Shown: positions 48,147 through 58,548, counted from the stretch's first letter. The stretch: DNA of 64,000 bases from Vulcanimicrobiota bacterium (GCA_963805945.1 CAWDVP010000001.1:256001-320000); one strand, 5' to 3'. Numbers and translations are program-made. The notes: generated from the sequence alone by a model not told the origin.

Positions 48147-50035
48147 TGCACCTGCTCGTGCAGCTCGGCGAGCTCTTCGCGCGCGTGAGCGTCGGCGCGA
48201 TCCTCAACTCGCTGTGGGAAGGCGTCGCTCTCGCCGTGCTCGCCTGGCTGCTGCTGCGCAGCGTGCCGCGCGGCAGCGCGTCATTGCGCTACGGCCTCTG
48301 GTGCGCGGCGCTCGTCGCCGTGCTCGCGCTGCCGGTCGTGGCGCTCCACCCGTTCGCAGGACCCGCGGCAAGCGCAGCGGCCACCGGCGCAGAGCCGCCG
48401 GTGCTCGTGCCGCAGCGGCTCGCACAGCTCATGTTCGCGCTGTGGTATATCGTCGCGACCGCGTTGCTGCTGCGGCTCATCATCAGCTACGTCCGGCTGC
48501 AGCAGCTCAAGGCGAGCACGCGGCCGATCCCGACCCTGTATCAACACCGCGTGCGCCGCTGGCTCGAGGAGTCCGGCGGGCGCCGCGAGTGCCGCCTGTG
48601 CCTGTCCGACAAGGTGCCGATGCCGGTGGCCATCGGCTTGTTCGACCCGGTCATCGTGCTGCCCGAACGGCTGTTGGAGCAGCTCTCTGACGACGAGCTC
48701 GATCAGGTCGGACTCCACGAGCTCGCGCACCTGCAGCGCTGGGACGACTACACCAACGTCTTCCAGAAGATCGCCGAGGCGCTGCTCTTCTTCAACCCGG
48801 CGGTCTATTTCATCGGTCGTCAGCTCACGCTCGAGCGCGAGATCGCCTGCGACGACCGCGTCATCGCGACGACGCGGAAACCGCTCACCTATGCCGCCTG
48901 CCTCACCCGGTTGGTGGAGGAGACGGCGCTCGCGCGGCAATCGCTGCCGGCGCTCGGCGCGGTCTCGACGCGCCGCCAGATCGCCATCCGCATCGAGCGT
49001 CTGCTCGACAAGCGGCGCGCACTACCGCTCGCGTCTGGTCTTGCGGCATTGGCCGCGTGCTGTGCCATCGCCGCCGGGCTTGTGACGGCATTGCACGCGC
49101 GCCCCTTGGTGGGCATCGCGCCGGACTACTCAGGCTCGCGGCCGCACGCCGCCCGAATCGCGACGCGCCCGACCGATCTCATCGCACGTATTCTCGTCAC
49201 CTCGCAGCGCCCGGCGGCTCACGCCGCCGTCACGGCCTCGACGCTTCCCATGGCCATCATCGGCCGGGTTGACGTCGAAGTGCGCCGCGTGCACGCTGTT
49301 GCGCGTTCCAACGCCGTGGGAGCGCGCAACTTCACCGCCGCCATCGCTAGGGCAGAGCGCAGCGCACAGGCAACGCAGGCTGACGAGCGAGTCGCCGAGA
49401 TCGCGCAGGTCGACGTCCATGTCGATGCACACGCCGCGTCCGCGCCGTCTGCCGAGTCCGTAATGTCCGACGAGTCCGTCGCCTCAATGGCGAGCGACAA
49501 CGACCTCGCTCCGACGGCCACGACGCCAACCACGACGCACACCGAGATCGCGGCGCTCACCTGCTCACTCAAAGCAGCGCAGAGCGCGATCTCGCGGCTG
49601 GATGCCCTGCGCGCGCTCAGCCAACACGTCGAGCAAGCAGAGGCTCGCGCGGCGATCGTCGGCGCGCTGCTCCATGACTCGTCGCCACTCGTCCAGCTGC
49701 AGGCGATCCATGTGCTCGCACATGACGCCGTTCATCCGGATTCGCAAGCGGGCCTCGTCGAGGCGCTGCGCACCTCGGAATCGTCGCACATCAAGGTCAT
49801 AATCATCTCATTGCTGGCGGACAAGGCCCGCGACGTGCAGGTCCGCAAGGGGCTGACGACCGCGCTGCTGGGTGATGGCTCTCTGCACGTCCAGCTCGCC
49901 GCGGTTGAGGCGCTCGCGCCCGTCGCCGACGATCCCGAAGTGCGAGCCGCGCTCCAAGAGGCGGGCGGCTACAGCACTTCCAACTTGCTGCGTCTGAGCA
50001 TCAGGCGGGTGCTCGCGCAATTCGAGCAGCGCTAG
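48143..50035 (+). CDS. BlaR1-type M56 metallopeptidase with C-terminal HEAT-like repeats
   Basis: HELAH, FFNPAV, EREIACDD, YAACL; C-terminal helical repeats (DSSPLVQLQAI, ESSHIKVIII, DGSLHVQLAAV). Confidence 0.85.
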   Translation: MMHLLVQLGELFARVSVGAILNSLWEGVALAVLAWLLLRSVPRGSASLRYGLWCAALVAVLALPVVALHPFAGPAASAAATGAEPPVLVPQRLAQLMFALWYIVATALLLRLIISYVRLQQLKASTRPIPTLYQHRVRRWLEESGGRRECRLCLSDKVPMPVAIGLFDPVIVLPERLLEQLSDDELDQVGLHELAHLQRWDDYTNVFQKIAEALLFFNPAVYFIGRQLTLEREIACDDRVIATTRKPLTYAACLTRLVEETALARQSLPALGAVSTRRQIAIRIERLLDKRRALPLASGLAALAACCAIAAGLVTALHARPLVGIAPDYSGSRPHAARIATRPTDLIARILVTSQRPAAHAAVTASTLPMAIIGRVDVEVRRVHAVARSNAVGARNFTAAIARAERSAQATQADERVAEIAQVDVHVDAHAASAPSAESVMSDESVASMASDNDLAPTATTPTTTHTEIAALTCSLKAAQSAISRLDALRALSQHVEQAEARAAIVGALLHDSSPLVQLQAIHVLAHDAVHPDSQAGLVEALRTSESSHIKVIIISLLADKARDVQVRKGLTTALLGDGSLHVQLAAVEALAPVADDPEVRAALQEAGGYSTSNLLRLSIRRVLAQFEQR

Positions 50036-50048
50036 GGCGCGAACGAAA

Positions 50049-50093
50049 GGGCCGATCTAAAGATCGGCCCCTGCACCCAAGATCGGCCCCTAC
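50049..50093 (-). repeat. REP family A, one and a half copies
   Basis: GGGCCGATCTAAAGATCGGCCCCTGC...AAGATCGGCCCCTAC. Confidence 0.8.
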
Positions 50094-50094
50094 A

Positions 50095-50589
50095 TCAATC
50101 CTTGAGCGCTTCGAAGCGCACCCGTTCGATCGTGTCGCCCACCTTGATCTTCTGCACCTTGTCCATGCCTTCGGTCACCTGGCCGAAGACCGTGTACTTG
50201 TTGTCCAAGAACGGCGCCGCTTCGAGGCAGATATAGAACTGCGAGCCGGCTGAATTCGGCGATTCCGCCCGCGCCATCGCGACCGTGCCCTGCACGTGCT
50301 TGTTCGCGTTGAACTCTTCGCGCAGATTGTATCCCGGGCCGCCGCGACCCGTTCCCTCCGGGCAGCCGCCCTGCACGACGAATCCAGGTTCGACCCGATG
50401 GAACGTCAGGCCGTCGTAGAATCCGTCGCGCCCGAGCTTGATGAAAGCGGCCACGGTCGTCGGCGCATCGTTCGGGTAGAACTTGAAGACGATGTCGCCA
50501 TACTTGGTGGTGATGCGGGCTGCGAGTTTCCTCGCCTCGTCGGAGAGCGAGCTCACCTCATCGGCGGTCGGCGGCGTACGTGCTGGCAT
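50095..50589 (-). CDS. Cyclophilin-type peptidyl-prolyl cis-trans isomerase
   Basis: FYDGLTFHRV, FVVQGG, VAMAR, SAGSQFYI, LDNKYTVFGQV; GAGGAGGAG SD. Confidence 0.95.
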   Translation of the reverse strand: MPARTPPTADEVSSLSDEARKLAARITTKYGDIVFKFYPNDAPTTVAAFIKLGRDGFYDGLTFHRVEPGFVVQGGCPEGTGRGGPGYNLREEFNANKHVQGTVAMARAESPNSAGSQFYICLEAAPFLDNKYTVFGQVTEGMDKVQKIKVGDTIERVRFEALKD

Positions 50590-50668
50590 CGGGGCTCCTC
50601 CTCTTAAGGATGGGCTATGGATTGCGCGGCTGGTGGGGCCGACCCTACTTGGCGGGGAATGAATCGGG

Positions 50669-52498
50669 ATGTTCCACGGGTCAGGTCCGATGTATCTCAT
50701 GTACGGCGCGGGCGCCGGCGGCGATGGCCTCAAGCGCCCCACGAAGGTGGAGTGGCGGCGCATCCTGCGCTACTTCGCCCCCTACTGGCGCAAAGAGACG
50801 CTGGTCTTCGCGTGCATCCTCGCCACCACCACGCTTGGCCAGTTCCCGCCGCTCTTCACCAAGTGGATCATCGACGTCTCGATCGCCCAGCACGACCTGC
50901 ACAGCCTCTGGCTCAACGTCGGCGGCATGGTAAGCGTCGCGCTCGCGGCCGCCGCCATCGGCGTGTGGCAAGGATATCTCAACGCCGCCGTCGGCGAGGG
51001 TATCATGCGCGACATGCGCGACGCGCTCGTGCAGCACTTGCACCGCATGTCGCTCGCCTTCTTCGCCTCGACCAAGACCGGCGAGATCATGAACCGCGTC
51101 GCGAGCGACGTCGACGCGATCGACAACGTCGTCACCGGCACGATGGTCACCATCGTCACCAACGTGCTCATGATCGTGACGACGCTCGTCGCCATCTTCT
51201 TGCTGGATTGGCGACTCGCGCTGCTCTCGCTCGTCGTCGTGCCGCTCATGGTGATCCCGCTCGGGCCGGTGGGCCGCACGATGTATGCGGTGCGCAAGAA
51301 GACGCGCGAGCAGCGCGACAAGATCGAAAGCCTCATCCAAGAGACGCTGTCGCTGTCGGGCATCACCTTGGTGAAGTCGTTCGCGCGCGAGCGCCAGGAA
51401 GCCGATCGCTTCCACCTTGCGGGCACCGAGCTCATGGACATGGAGATCCGTCTCGCGCTGGTCGGCCGCTGGTTCATCGGGGTGGTCGGGGCGCTCGTCA
51501 TCGTCGGTCCGGCGCTCATCTGGCTGGGCGGTGGTTGGATGGCGATCCGCTCCGGCTTGCAGATCGGCACGATCGTGGCCTTCGTCGCCTATCTCGCGCG
51601 GCTCTACGGCCCGGCCGCCGCGCTCATCGCGGTGCAGGTCCAGATCGTGAGCGCGCTCGCCGTCTTCGAGCGCATCTTCACCTATCTCGACATGACGCCC
51701 GAAGCGCCGCAGCGTCCGGATGCGCTGTCGCTGTCGCCGGTGCGCGGCGAGATCGCGTTCGAGAACGTGCGCTTCCGCTACGGCGAGGACCGCTGGGCGC
51801 TCGACGGCGTCTCGTTCCGCGCACAGCCCGGCCAGCTCGTCGCGTTCGTGGGGCCGAGCGGCGCCGGCAAGACGACGATCATGCAGCTGGTGCCCCGCTT
51901 CTACGACCCGCAGGAGGGCCGCGTCACGCTCGACGGCCACGATCTGCGCGACCTCACGTTGGAGTCGCTGCGCGGGAGCATCGGCAGCGTCGCGCAGGAG
52001 ACCTATCTCTTCCACACGACCATCTCCGAGAATCTGCACTACGGCAATCCCGGCGCGACCGAGGCCGAGCTCGTCGCCGCGTGCAAGGCTGCCAACATCT
52101 ACGACTTCATCGCGGGCCTGCCCGACGGTTTCGCGACCATCGTCGGCGAGCGCGGGCTGAAGCTCTCCGGCGGCGAGCGTCAACGCGTCGCGATCGCGCG
52201 CGTGCTGCTCAAAGACCCGCGCGTCCTGATCCTGGACGAGGCGACCAGCGCGCTCGATTCGACCTCGGAGACGCTCATCCAAGAGGCGCTCGAGCCGCTC
52301 ATGCGAGGCCGCACCAGCTTGGTCATCGCGCACCGGCTGTCGACCGTGATGCGTGCTGACGTCATCCACGTCGTGGTCGGCGGCCGTATCGTCGAGTCCG
52401 GCACGCACCGCGACCTGCTCGCTCGCGGGGGGCCGTATGCCGAGCTCTATCGCGCGCAGTTCAAACACGAAACGCTGGTAGGAGAGGCGATATCATGA
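50669..52498 (+). CDS. ABC exporter, fused permease and ATPase
   Basis: TM domain plus GPSGAGKT, LSGGERQR, ILDEATSALD, IAHRLST. Confidence 0.95.
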   Translation: MFHGSGPMYLMYGAGAGGDGLKRPTKVEWRRILRYFAPYWRKETLVFACILATTTLGQFPPLFTKWIIDVSIAQHDLHSLWLNVGGMVSVALAAAAIGVWQGYLNAAVGEGIMRDMRDALVQHLHRMSLAFFASTKTGEIMNRVASDVDAIDNVVTGTMVTIVTNVLMIVTTLVAIFLLDWRLALLSLVVVPLMVIPLGPVGRTMYAVRKKTREQRDKIESLIQETLSLSGITLVKSFARERQEADRFHLAGTELMDMEIRLALVGRWFIGVVGALVIVGPALIWLGGGWMAIRSGLQIGTIVAFVAYLARLYGPAAALIAVQVQIVSALAVFERIFTYLDMTPEAPQRPDALSLSPVRGEIAFENVRFRYGEDRWALDGVSFRAQPGQLVAFVGPSGAGKTTIMQLVPRFYDPQEGRVTLDGHDLRDLTLESLRGSIGSVAQETYLFHTTISENLHYGNPGATEAELVAACKAANIYDFIAGLPDGFATIVGERGLKLSGGERQRVAIARVLLKDPRVLILDEATSALDSTSETLIQEALEPLMRGRTSLVIAHRLSTVMRADVIHVVVGGRIVESGTHRDLLARGGPYAELYRAQFKHETLVGEAIS

Positions 52499-53034
52499 CG
52501 CACCTCACGCCGCAACAGCTCACGCCCATCATCCTAGCAGCCGTCATCGTCGTGGTGGTGGGGCTGCGCATCTGGCGGTCGACGCGAGAGCAGCGCTTTC
52601 AACCGGGCAGCATGTGGGTCGTGCCGGGGATCTTCGCGGCCTTCACGCTCGCGTTCATCGTGATCGAGCGGTATACGAGCCCGCTTGACATCGCCTTCAT
52701 GGCGCTCGCGCTTGCGGTGGGCGTCGCGATCGGCCTGTACCAGGGCACCCATACGACCGTCCGCGTCGACCATGCGGCCCACGCGATGTTCGTGAAGATA
52801 TCGCCCCTTGGTTCGCTCATCTTCATCGCCGTGCTTGTGCTCCGGATCGCAGTGCGTTATGCCACCGGCGGCATAGCCGCCGCGACCGCCGCGACGGCCA
52901 GCCCTGGTGCGCCGATCGTCCACACGACGGCGGGCCTCATCAGCTTGCTGCTGCTCGTGCTTGCGGTCGGCATCGTCGTCGGCTTGCGCGTCTATCTGCA
53001 GCGGGTCTACGACCAGGCGCGAGCCACGCTGTGA
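52495..53034 (+). CDS. CcdC/DUF1453-like membrane protein
   Basis: About five TM helices; ATGA overlap with upstream ABC gene. Confidence 0.6.
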   Translation: MTHLTPQQLTPIILAAVIVVVVGLRIWRSTREQRFQPGSMWVVPGIFAAFTLAFIVIERYTSPLDIAFMALALAVGVAIGLYQGTHTTVRVDHAAHAMFVKISPLGSLIFIAVLVLRIAVRYATGGIAAATAATASPGAPIVHTTAGLISLLLLVLAVGIVVGLRVYLQRVYDQARATL

Positions 53035-53047
53035 CAGCGCGCTAGCC

Positions 53048-54622
53048 GTGGCCGCTCGCATTCATTCCGACGCCGGCGTGATCGCCGGTACTCCGGCAGC
53101 GAAGACGCCGTGCCCGCGCGTGACGGGCCGGCTGGTGCTCATCGCCACCATCGTCGCGTCGAGCATGGTGTTCATCGACGGCACCGTCGTGAACATCGCG
53201 CTGCCGGTGATCCAGCTGGATCTGCATGCGACGGCGACCGACGTCCAATGGATCGTCAACGCCTATACGCTGTTCCTCGCATCGCTCATGCTCGTCGGCG
53301 GTTCGCTCGGCGATTTTTACGGACGCAAACGCATATTCATCATCGGCACGGTCGTGTTCGGCCTTTCCTCCGTGTGGTGCGGTCTCGCGCCGGACGTGCA
53401 TCACCTCATCCTCGCGCGCGGCGTGCAAGGCATCGGCAGCGCCTTGCTCACGCCCGGCAGTCTCGCGCTCATCAGCGCCACGTTCGACCGCGAGCAACGC
53501 GGCCGCGCGATAGGCACCTGGTCGGGGATGACGGCCGTCATGGCCGCGATCGGCCCTGCCCTCGGCGGCTGGATCGTGCAGCACGCATCGTGGCGCTGGA
53601 TCTTCTTCATCAACGTGCCGTTGGCGCTCGTCGTGCTCGTCGTCGCGTGGTTCGGAATCTCGGAGAGCAGCGACGGCGAACGGACGCATCGTCTCGATTA
53701 CACCGGCGCGCTGCTCGCGACGCTAGGGCTCGGCGCACTCACCTACGGGCTCATCAGCGCGAGCGCTGTCGGCCTCTCCGATCCGCTCGTGATCGGCGCA
53801 TCGCTGCTCGGCGTCGCCACGCTGGTGGTGTTCGTCTGGCTCGAGCGCCGGGAGGCGAAACCGATGCTGCCGCCGCAGCTCTTCCGCAGCCGGACCTTCA
53901 GCGGCGTCAACCTGCTGACGCTGCTCCTCTACGGCGCGCTCAGCGGCGTGCTGTTCTTCTTGCCCTTCAACCTCATCCAGATGCAGCACTACACCCCGAC
54001 CGCAGCCGGGCTTGCGATGCTGCCGTTCATCGCGTTGATCGTCGTGCTGTCGCCGTGGGCCGGCGGACTGGTCGCGCGCGTCGGTCCGAGGCTGCCGCTC
54101 GTCGTCGGACCGGCCCTCGCGGGACTCGGCATCGCGCTCCTCGCGATGCCTGGGATCGGCGGCAGCTACTGGTCGACGTTCTTCCCCGCCATCGTCGTGC
54201 TCGGGTTGGGCATGGCGGTGACCGTCGCACCGCTGACGACCACCGTCCTCGAATCCGTGGACGCCGAGCACGTCGGCATCGCGTCGGCGATCAACAACGC
54301 GGTGTCGCGCGCCGCGGGGCTCTTCGCGATCGCGGTGTTCAGCCTCATCGTGCTGGGCGTCTTCAACGCGCATCTCGATCGCGGACTCGCGGCGATGAAC
54401 GCATCACCTCAGCTGATCGCCGAGATGGCGCCCGAACGCAGCAAGCTCGCTGCGGCGCAGCCACCCGCCAGTATGTCGCCGGCGCAGCACGCCGAGCTGG
54501 TGGACGCGATCGACGTCTCCTATCTTGCCGGCTTCCGCATCGCGATGGTGCTCGGCGCGCTGCTGGCTGTCGCGGGCGCGGGCTGCGCCTTTCTCTCGGT
54601 CCGCGGAGGGAAGGGATCATGA
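53048..54622 (+). CDS. MFS transporter, DHA2 (EmrB/QacA-like)
   Basis: FIDGTVVNIALP, GSLGDFYGRKR, ARGVQGIG, WRWIFFINVP; start approximate. Confidence 0.93.
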   Translation: MAARIHSDAGVIAGTPAAKTPCPRVTGRLVLIATIVASSMVFIDGTVVNIALPVIQLDLHATATDVQWIVNAYTLFLASLMLVGGSLGDFYGRKRIFIIGTVVFGLSSVWCGLAPDVHHLILARGVQGIGSALLTPGSLALISATFDREQRGRAIGTWSGMTAVMAAIGPALGGWIVQHASWRWIFFINVPLALVVLVVAWFGISESSDGERTHRLDYTGALLATLGLGALTYGLISASAVGLSDPLVIGASLLGVATLVVFVWLERREAKPMLPPQLFRSRTFSGVNLLTLLLYGALSGVLFFLPFNLIQMQHYTPTAAGLAMLPFIALIVVLSPWAGGLVARVGPRLPLVVGPALAGLGIALLAMPGIGGSYWSTFFPAIVVLGLGMAVTVAPLTTTVLESVDAEHVGIASAINNAVSRAAGLFAIAVFSLIVLGVFNAHLDRGLAAMNASPQLIAEMAPERSKLAAAQPPASMSPAQHAELVDAIDVSYLAGFRIAMVLGALLAVAGAGCAFLSVRGGKGS

Positions 54623-54647
54623 ATGGCGACTGGCGCTGGCTCGTCCC

Positions 54648-55130
54648 TTAGAGTCTTCCGATGACCTGCTTGGCAAGACTCTCTAGTTGCTTTTCTGTCG
54701 CCGAGCTAAGATTTATGTAGAAACGCACTTTGCCTTTCCGCACGTGCAGCGCATGTTCCGGATCAAAATATGCCTCGTCTCCGAGATTGGGGACCGCGGT
54801 CGGCGGGCTATAGAAAGCCTGAAGTCTGGCGAATAGGTCCGTCGCAGCGGACGGCGACGGATCGACGTACACTCGAAACCACAGCTTGCCGGCGGCAGCG
54901 CCCTTGGACTCATAATTGCAATCCGTCCCCGTGTTGGTGTTCGCAAACGGCCGAGGGGCGACGCTCTCCTGCGGGGCGTCATATGCCTGCCCTAAGGTCT
55001 TGGTCACATCGGCCGCCGGCAAGAGCGAGCAGAGATCGGGCGGAAGACCGGTCGCTTGTGCTGGCTGAACCACCAACGCAGTCGCCGCGACGGCTGCAGC
55101 GATCAACAAGAACCTGCGGAACTTTGACAT
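54648..55130 (-). CDS. Secreted hypothetical protein
   Basis: Signal peptide, DLCSLL, DCNY, VPNLGDEAY; GGAGAGG SD. Confidence 0.6.
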   Translation of the reverse strand: MSKFRRFLLIAAAVAATALVVQPAQATGLPPDLCSLLPAADVTKTLGQAYDAPQESVAPRPFANTNTGTDCNYESKGAAAGKLWFRVYVDPSPSAATDLFARLQAFYSPPTAVPNLGDEAYFDPEHALHVRKGKVRFYINLSSATEKQLESLAKQVIGRL

Positions 55131-55159
55131 GTCGCGAGCCCTCCCCAACAGCATGGTAC

Positions 55160-55522
55160 TTATTTCGCGTCGTCGTCCGGCTGCATCATGCCGAACTCGT
55201 TTCCTTCGGTGTCTTCGCAATAAGCGAGCCAGCCGACGCCGGGTATCGGATGTTTCGGCGAGGTGAGTTTTCCGCCGGCGGCGGTGACGCTCTTGATCGA
55301 CGCGTCGAGGTCTTCGACGCCGAGCGTGTTGATGGTCGCCTCGGACGGATGCGAACGTTTCAGCAGGCCGCCGTTGATGCCCAGCCCTTCGCCTGTGTCC
55401 ACCATCCAATACTCGACGGGACCGCCCCATTTGTCGATCTTCCAGCCGAAGGCCGTGGAGTAGAATTTGGCAGCCCGTTCCGGGTCATCCGCATGCACTT
55501 CGAAATGAACAACTCGGGGCAT
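55160..55522 (-). CDS. VOC family protein
   Basis: VVHFEVHADDPERAAKFY, GINGG, IPGVGWLAYCEDTEGNEFG. Confidence 0.92.
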   Translation of the reverse strand: MPRVVHFEVHADDPERAAKFYSTAFGWKIDKWGGPVEYWMVDTGEGLGINGGLLKRSHPSEATINTLGVEDLDASIKSVTAAGGKLTSPKHPIPGVGWLAYCEDTEGNEFGMMQPDDDAK

Positions 55523-55615
55523 GGAAGCCATCCTTTCGGCGTGTTTTCGCCTAGTCGTCTATGAGGCGCGTTTCGTTCTTCGGCCCATTTGGGACGACCT
55601 TGCGGCTCTAGGGCC

Positions 55616-55644
55616 TTGATTAGCAGGGCCGCCTTTGCTAAGAT
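55616..55644 (+). promoter_or_regulatory. sigma70 promoter of the zinc-ribbon gene
   Basis: TTGATT-N17-TAAGAT with extended TG. Confidence 0.65.
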
Positions 55645-55702
55645 AGATGAGGTTTTGGTCATTCGGGGGGCAGCTCGCCCGGGCGTCGAAAATAGGAAGC
55701 AT

Positions 55703-55793
55703 ACTCCTCTTCGCGATCGTCAGCAACCGTACACCGAAACGTTCTACTACTGACGCGTGCATTGTCAGAGTCTGACAGTGCACCAAGAGGAGT
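55703..55793 (+). promoter_or_regulatory. Structured 5' UTR sequestering the Shine-Dalgarno
   Basis: ACTCCTCTT (55703-55711) complements AAGAGGAGT (55785-55793); internal stems 55718-55723/55750-55755 and 55757-55783. Confidence 0.6.
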
Positions 55794-55803
55794 TTCAAAC
55801 CCA

Positions 55804-56136
55804 GTGTATACAGATCAACTCATCACCTGCGTTGATTGCGGGAATCAATTCACATTCACCGCAGGCGAACAGGAGTTCTACGACCAGAAGGGCTTCCAAA
55901 ACAAGCCCAGCCGTTGCCCGGATTGCCGGCAGGCCCGCAAGGCCAGCCGCACCGGTGGCGGTGGCGGCGGCGGTAGCCGTGGCGGTTACGGCGGCGGCGG
56001 CGGCGGCGGCCAGCGCGAGATGTTCAAAGCGACATGCTCGAGCTGCGGCGGTGTTGCTGAAGTCCCGTTCCAACCGCGCGGTGACAAACCGGTGTATTGC
56101 CGCGACTGCTTCCAAAAGCAGCGCTCAGCGTACTAA
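55804..56136 (+). CDS. Zinc-ribbon / CxxC-x17-CxxC domain protein with Gly-rich linker
   Basis: CVDC..FTFTAGEQEFY..KG...PSRCPDCR and CSSC-x17-CRDCF; GTG start after GAGGAG. Confidence 0.9.
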   Translation: MYTDQLITCVDCGNQFTFTAGEQEFYDQKGFQNKPSRCPDCRQARKASRTGGGGGGGSRGGYGGGGGGGQREMFKATCSSCGGVAEVPFQPRGDKPVYCRDCFQKQRSAY

Positions 56137-56159
56137 GGCCTAGCCGACAAACGCGATCG

Positions 56160-56190
56160 AGGCCCGGTGTTCACACCGGGCCTTTATCAT
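56160..56190 (+). terminator. Rho-independent terminator
   Basis: AGGCCCGGTGT-TC-ACACCGGGCCT followed by TTATCAT. Confidence 0.7.
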
Positions 56191-56192
56191 TC

Positions 56193-56216
56193 CCCCGAGC
56201 TTCGCTCGGGCACTAC
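56193..56216 (-). repeat. REP family C
   Basis: CCCCGAGCTTCGCTCGGGCACTAC on +. Confidence 0.75.
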
Positions 56217-57646
56217 TACTGCGAGCTCGGGCCCGGCGTCGGTTTCGGCGAGAGCAGCAGCGGCGGCCGCGGCACCTGAGTGAAATCGAACTCGGCGATG
56301 AGGTTGCCCAATTGCGGTGCGTTCTCGCGCACGTCCGGGCGCGGATCGGGGCGCCCGTCGGTCCGCGGATCGATGCGTGCCGCATTGAGGAAATCGTCCT
56401 CGATGAACTTGAGGTACGCATCGAAGCTCAACGTCTGATGGTCGATGTAGCCTCGTCTCGCATACGGGCTGATCAACAGTCCGGGCACCCGGAGCCCATA
56501 GCCGTTCTGATCCACCGTCGGCGGCGCCACGTGATCGTAGAAGCCGCCCCAATCATCCCATGTCAGGAAGATCGCGGTGCTGCTCCAGTCAGGGCTCTTC
56601 ATGAGCGCGTTGACGATGTTCGTGACATACGTCTGGCTCGCGCTCACGAGCGCCGGAGGATGATCGCTCACCGGCCCGCTCGGGACCACCCATGAGACGG
56701 CGGGCAGCGTGCCGTTCCGGGCGTCCTTGAAGAGGTCCGCGGTGGTCTTGATGTTGCCGAGTTCGCCGTCTTGGCGCACGGTCACGAACCACGGCAGCGG
56801 ATTCCATATCTGCGGCACCTTGCGGCTCTGCGGCGCGGGCGCGCAGAACATCGCATCGTCCGCGCAATCGGGCTGCGTGCCTTCGGCGAGATAGTACGCC
56901 CAGCTGATGTGATTCTCGTGCAGCAGATACGTGAGGTCCGTCCACGCGTACACGGAAGCGCCGGCCGGCAAACCCCGCTGTGGATTCTGCAGTTCGTTGA
57001 CGCAGCTCATGGGATCGGCTGATGCGCAGCGCGCCGACCAGCCCGACACCATGAACAGATGCGCCGGCAGACTCCATGACGCATTGGGCTCGAACATGTG
57101 GTCCTGCAGCGTGTAGCCTTGCGCGTAGCGCCAATAGTTGGGGATGTCGCGCGCGTCATGATAGCCCATCACATCGGGTTGTCGGCCGCCGCAGCGCGGA
57201 TCGAACGGCCCCGCGCAATGTCCCTTGCCGCCGCGCTGCTGCTCGCCGACGAAGCCGTCCATCTTCCCGCCATCGATGTCCGCGCGCGCGCTGCTTTCGC
57301 CGTGCGGCCCGCCGCTGTTGCGATCGGCGGCGTCATGATATGGCTGCACGCAGCCGCCTTGTGACGGATTGGGGACGCACGCTGCGAAGCCGCCGTTCGC
57401 GTTGCGCGGCAAGCCATCGCCGCCAGGATAGGTGCCGAAGTATTCGTCGTAACTGCGGTTCTCTTGCATGATGATGACGACGTGCTTGATCTTGTGGATG
57501 TCGCCGGGCGCCGCGGCGGCCTGGGGATGCGTGGCCATCGGCGTGAGCAGCGATCCTGCCAGCATGAGCGCGACGAAGTAGCCGATGGTGAGCAGGCCTT
57601 TCCAGCGCTCCCACGAGGTCTGCAGCTGCACCACCATCATGAGCAT
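56216..57646 (-). CDS. Phosphoesterase (phospholipase C / AcpA family), secreted
   Basis: [52 protein letters not shown]. Confidence 0.9.
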   Translation of the reverse strand: MLMMVVQLQTSWERWKGLLTIGYFVALMLAGSLLTPMATHPQAAAAPGDIHKIKHVVIIMQENRSYDEYFGTYPGGDGLPRNANGGFAACVPNPSQGGCVQPYHDAADRNSGGPHGESSARADIDGGKMDGFVGEQQRGGKGHCAGPFDPRCGGRQPDVMGYHDARDIPNYWRYAQGYTLQDHMFEPNASWSLPAHLFMVSGWSARCASADPMSCVNELQNPQRGLPAGASVYAWTDLTYLLHENHISWAYYLAEGTQPDCADDAMFCAPAPQSRKVPQIWNPLPWFVTVRQDGELGNIKTTADLFKDARNGTLPAVSWVVPSGPVSDHPPALVSASQTYVTNIVNALMKSPDWSSTAIFLTWDDWGGFYDHVAPPTVDQNGYGLRVPGLLISPYARRGYIDHQTLSFDAYLKFIEDDFLNAARIDPRTDGRPDPRPDVRENAPQLGNLIAEFDFTQVPRPPLLLSPKPTPGPSSQ

Positions 57647-57723
57647 GTCCCCTTTGTTGTACTACCGCCCGCGCACGGCCGAATTAAGCGCGGATGAGGC
57701 CTTCCCAAGAGGGCGCTGAGAAG

Positions 57724-58548
57724 CTACGCTTTGAGGATGAAAGTCTCGACCGACTGCATCGTGGGGTCGTTCGCCTCGCTCATGTGATCGAGCATGTTCC
57801 AATGGTCCCGGCCGGCCGGCTGTAGGTACTCGACCCGATCCCCCGCCGTTTTCAGTTGCTCGTAGAGCTGCGCCGAGATCGCCTCCGGCGCCATACGATC
57901 GTCGCGGCCGTGGATGACGAGCGCCGGCGGCTCGTCGCCACGCAGGCGCGGCTGGATGTCGAAGCGCCGCCACCCGCTGCGGTCGGCTCCGAACGCAGGG
58001 TCGTAGATGCTCTGGTAGCTCGGGTCGAGATCGGCCACATCCGTCGACGGATTGATGCCGACGCTGCCGAGCGCCACCACGCCGCGCACCGCACCACGTG
58101 GGATCGCACCGCTGACGAGCGCGTAGAGCGCGAGCTGCGCGCCCGCCGAGTGGCCGACGAGGACGATGCGCTTGGGGTCATAGCCGGCGGCGGATGCGTG
58201 GTTCACGAGCCAGCGGAACGCGCGCGCGACGTCGGCAGCCTGGTGTTCGGCGTCGGTCTGCGGCGCAAGCGGATAGTTGAGGACCGCCGCCGCGATGCCG
58301 CAGCGCGCGAACGCTTGGCCGAGCGAGACATACTCGCTCTTGTCGCGGCTCACCCACGCGCCGCCATGTATGTAGATGGCGAGCGGGCCGCCCTTGACGC
58401 CGTGCGGCAGATAGAGATCGAGCGCTTCGAACTCCGGATCGGAACCGTACACGTGCGTCGCTGCATCGACACGATGCGGCGTGCTGGGACATGGCGTCGC
58501 ACCGCCGGTGCTGAAGGCGAATGCGAGCGCGATGATCGGCAGCGTCAT
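57724..58548 (-). CDS. Alpha/beta hydrolase (esterase/lipase)
   Basis: HGGAW oxyanion motif, GHSAG nucleophile, HGRDD, DH. Confidence 0.9.
   Translation of the reverse strand: MTLPIIALAFAFSTGGATPCPSTPHRVDAATHVYGSDPEFEALDLYLPHGVKGGPLAIYIHGGAWVSRDKSEYVSLGQAFARCGIAAAVLNYPLAPQTDAEHQAADVARAFRWLVNHASAAGYDPKRIVLVGHSAGAQLALYALVSGAIPRGAVRGVVALGSVGINPSTDVADLDPSYQSIYDPAFGADRSGWRRFDIQPRLRGDEPPALVIHGRDDRMAPEAISAQLYEQLKTAGDRVEYLQPAGRDHWNMLDHMSEANDPTMQSVETFILKA

Noticed and set aside
55952..56010. GGC/GGT-rich tandem repeats
   Set aside because: Simply encodes the Gly-rich linker of the zinc-ribbon protein.
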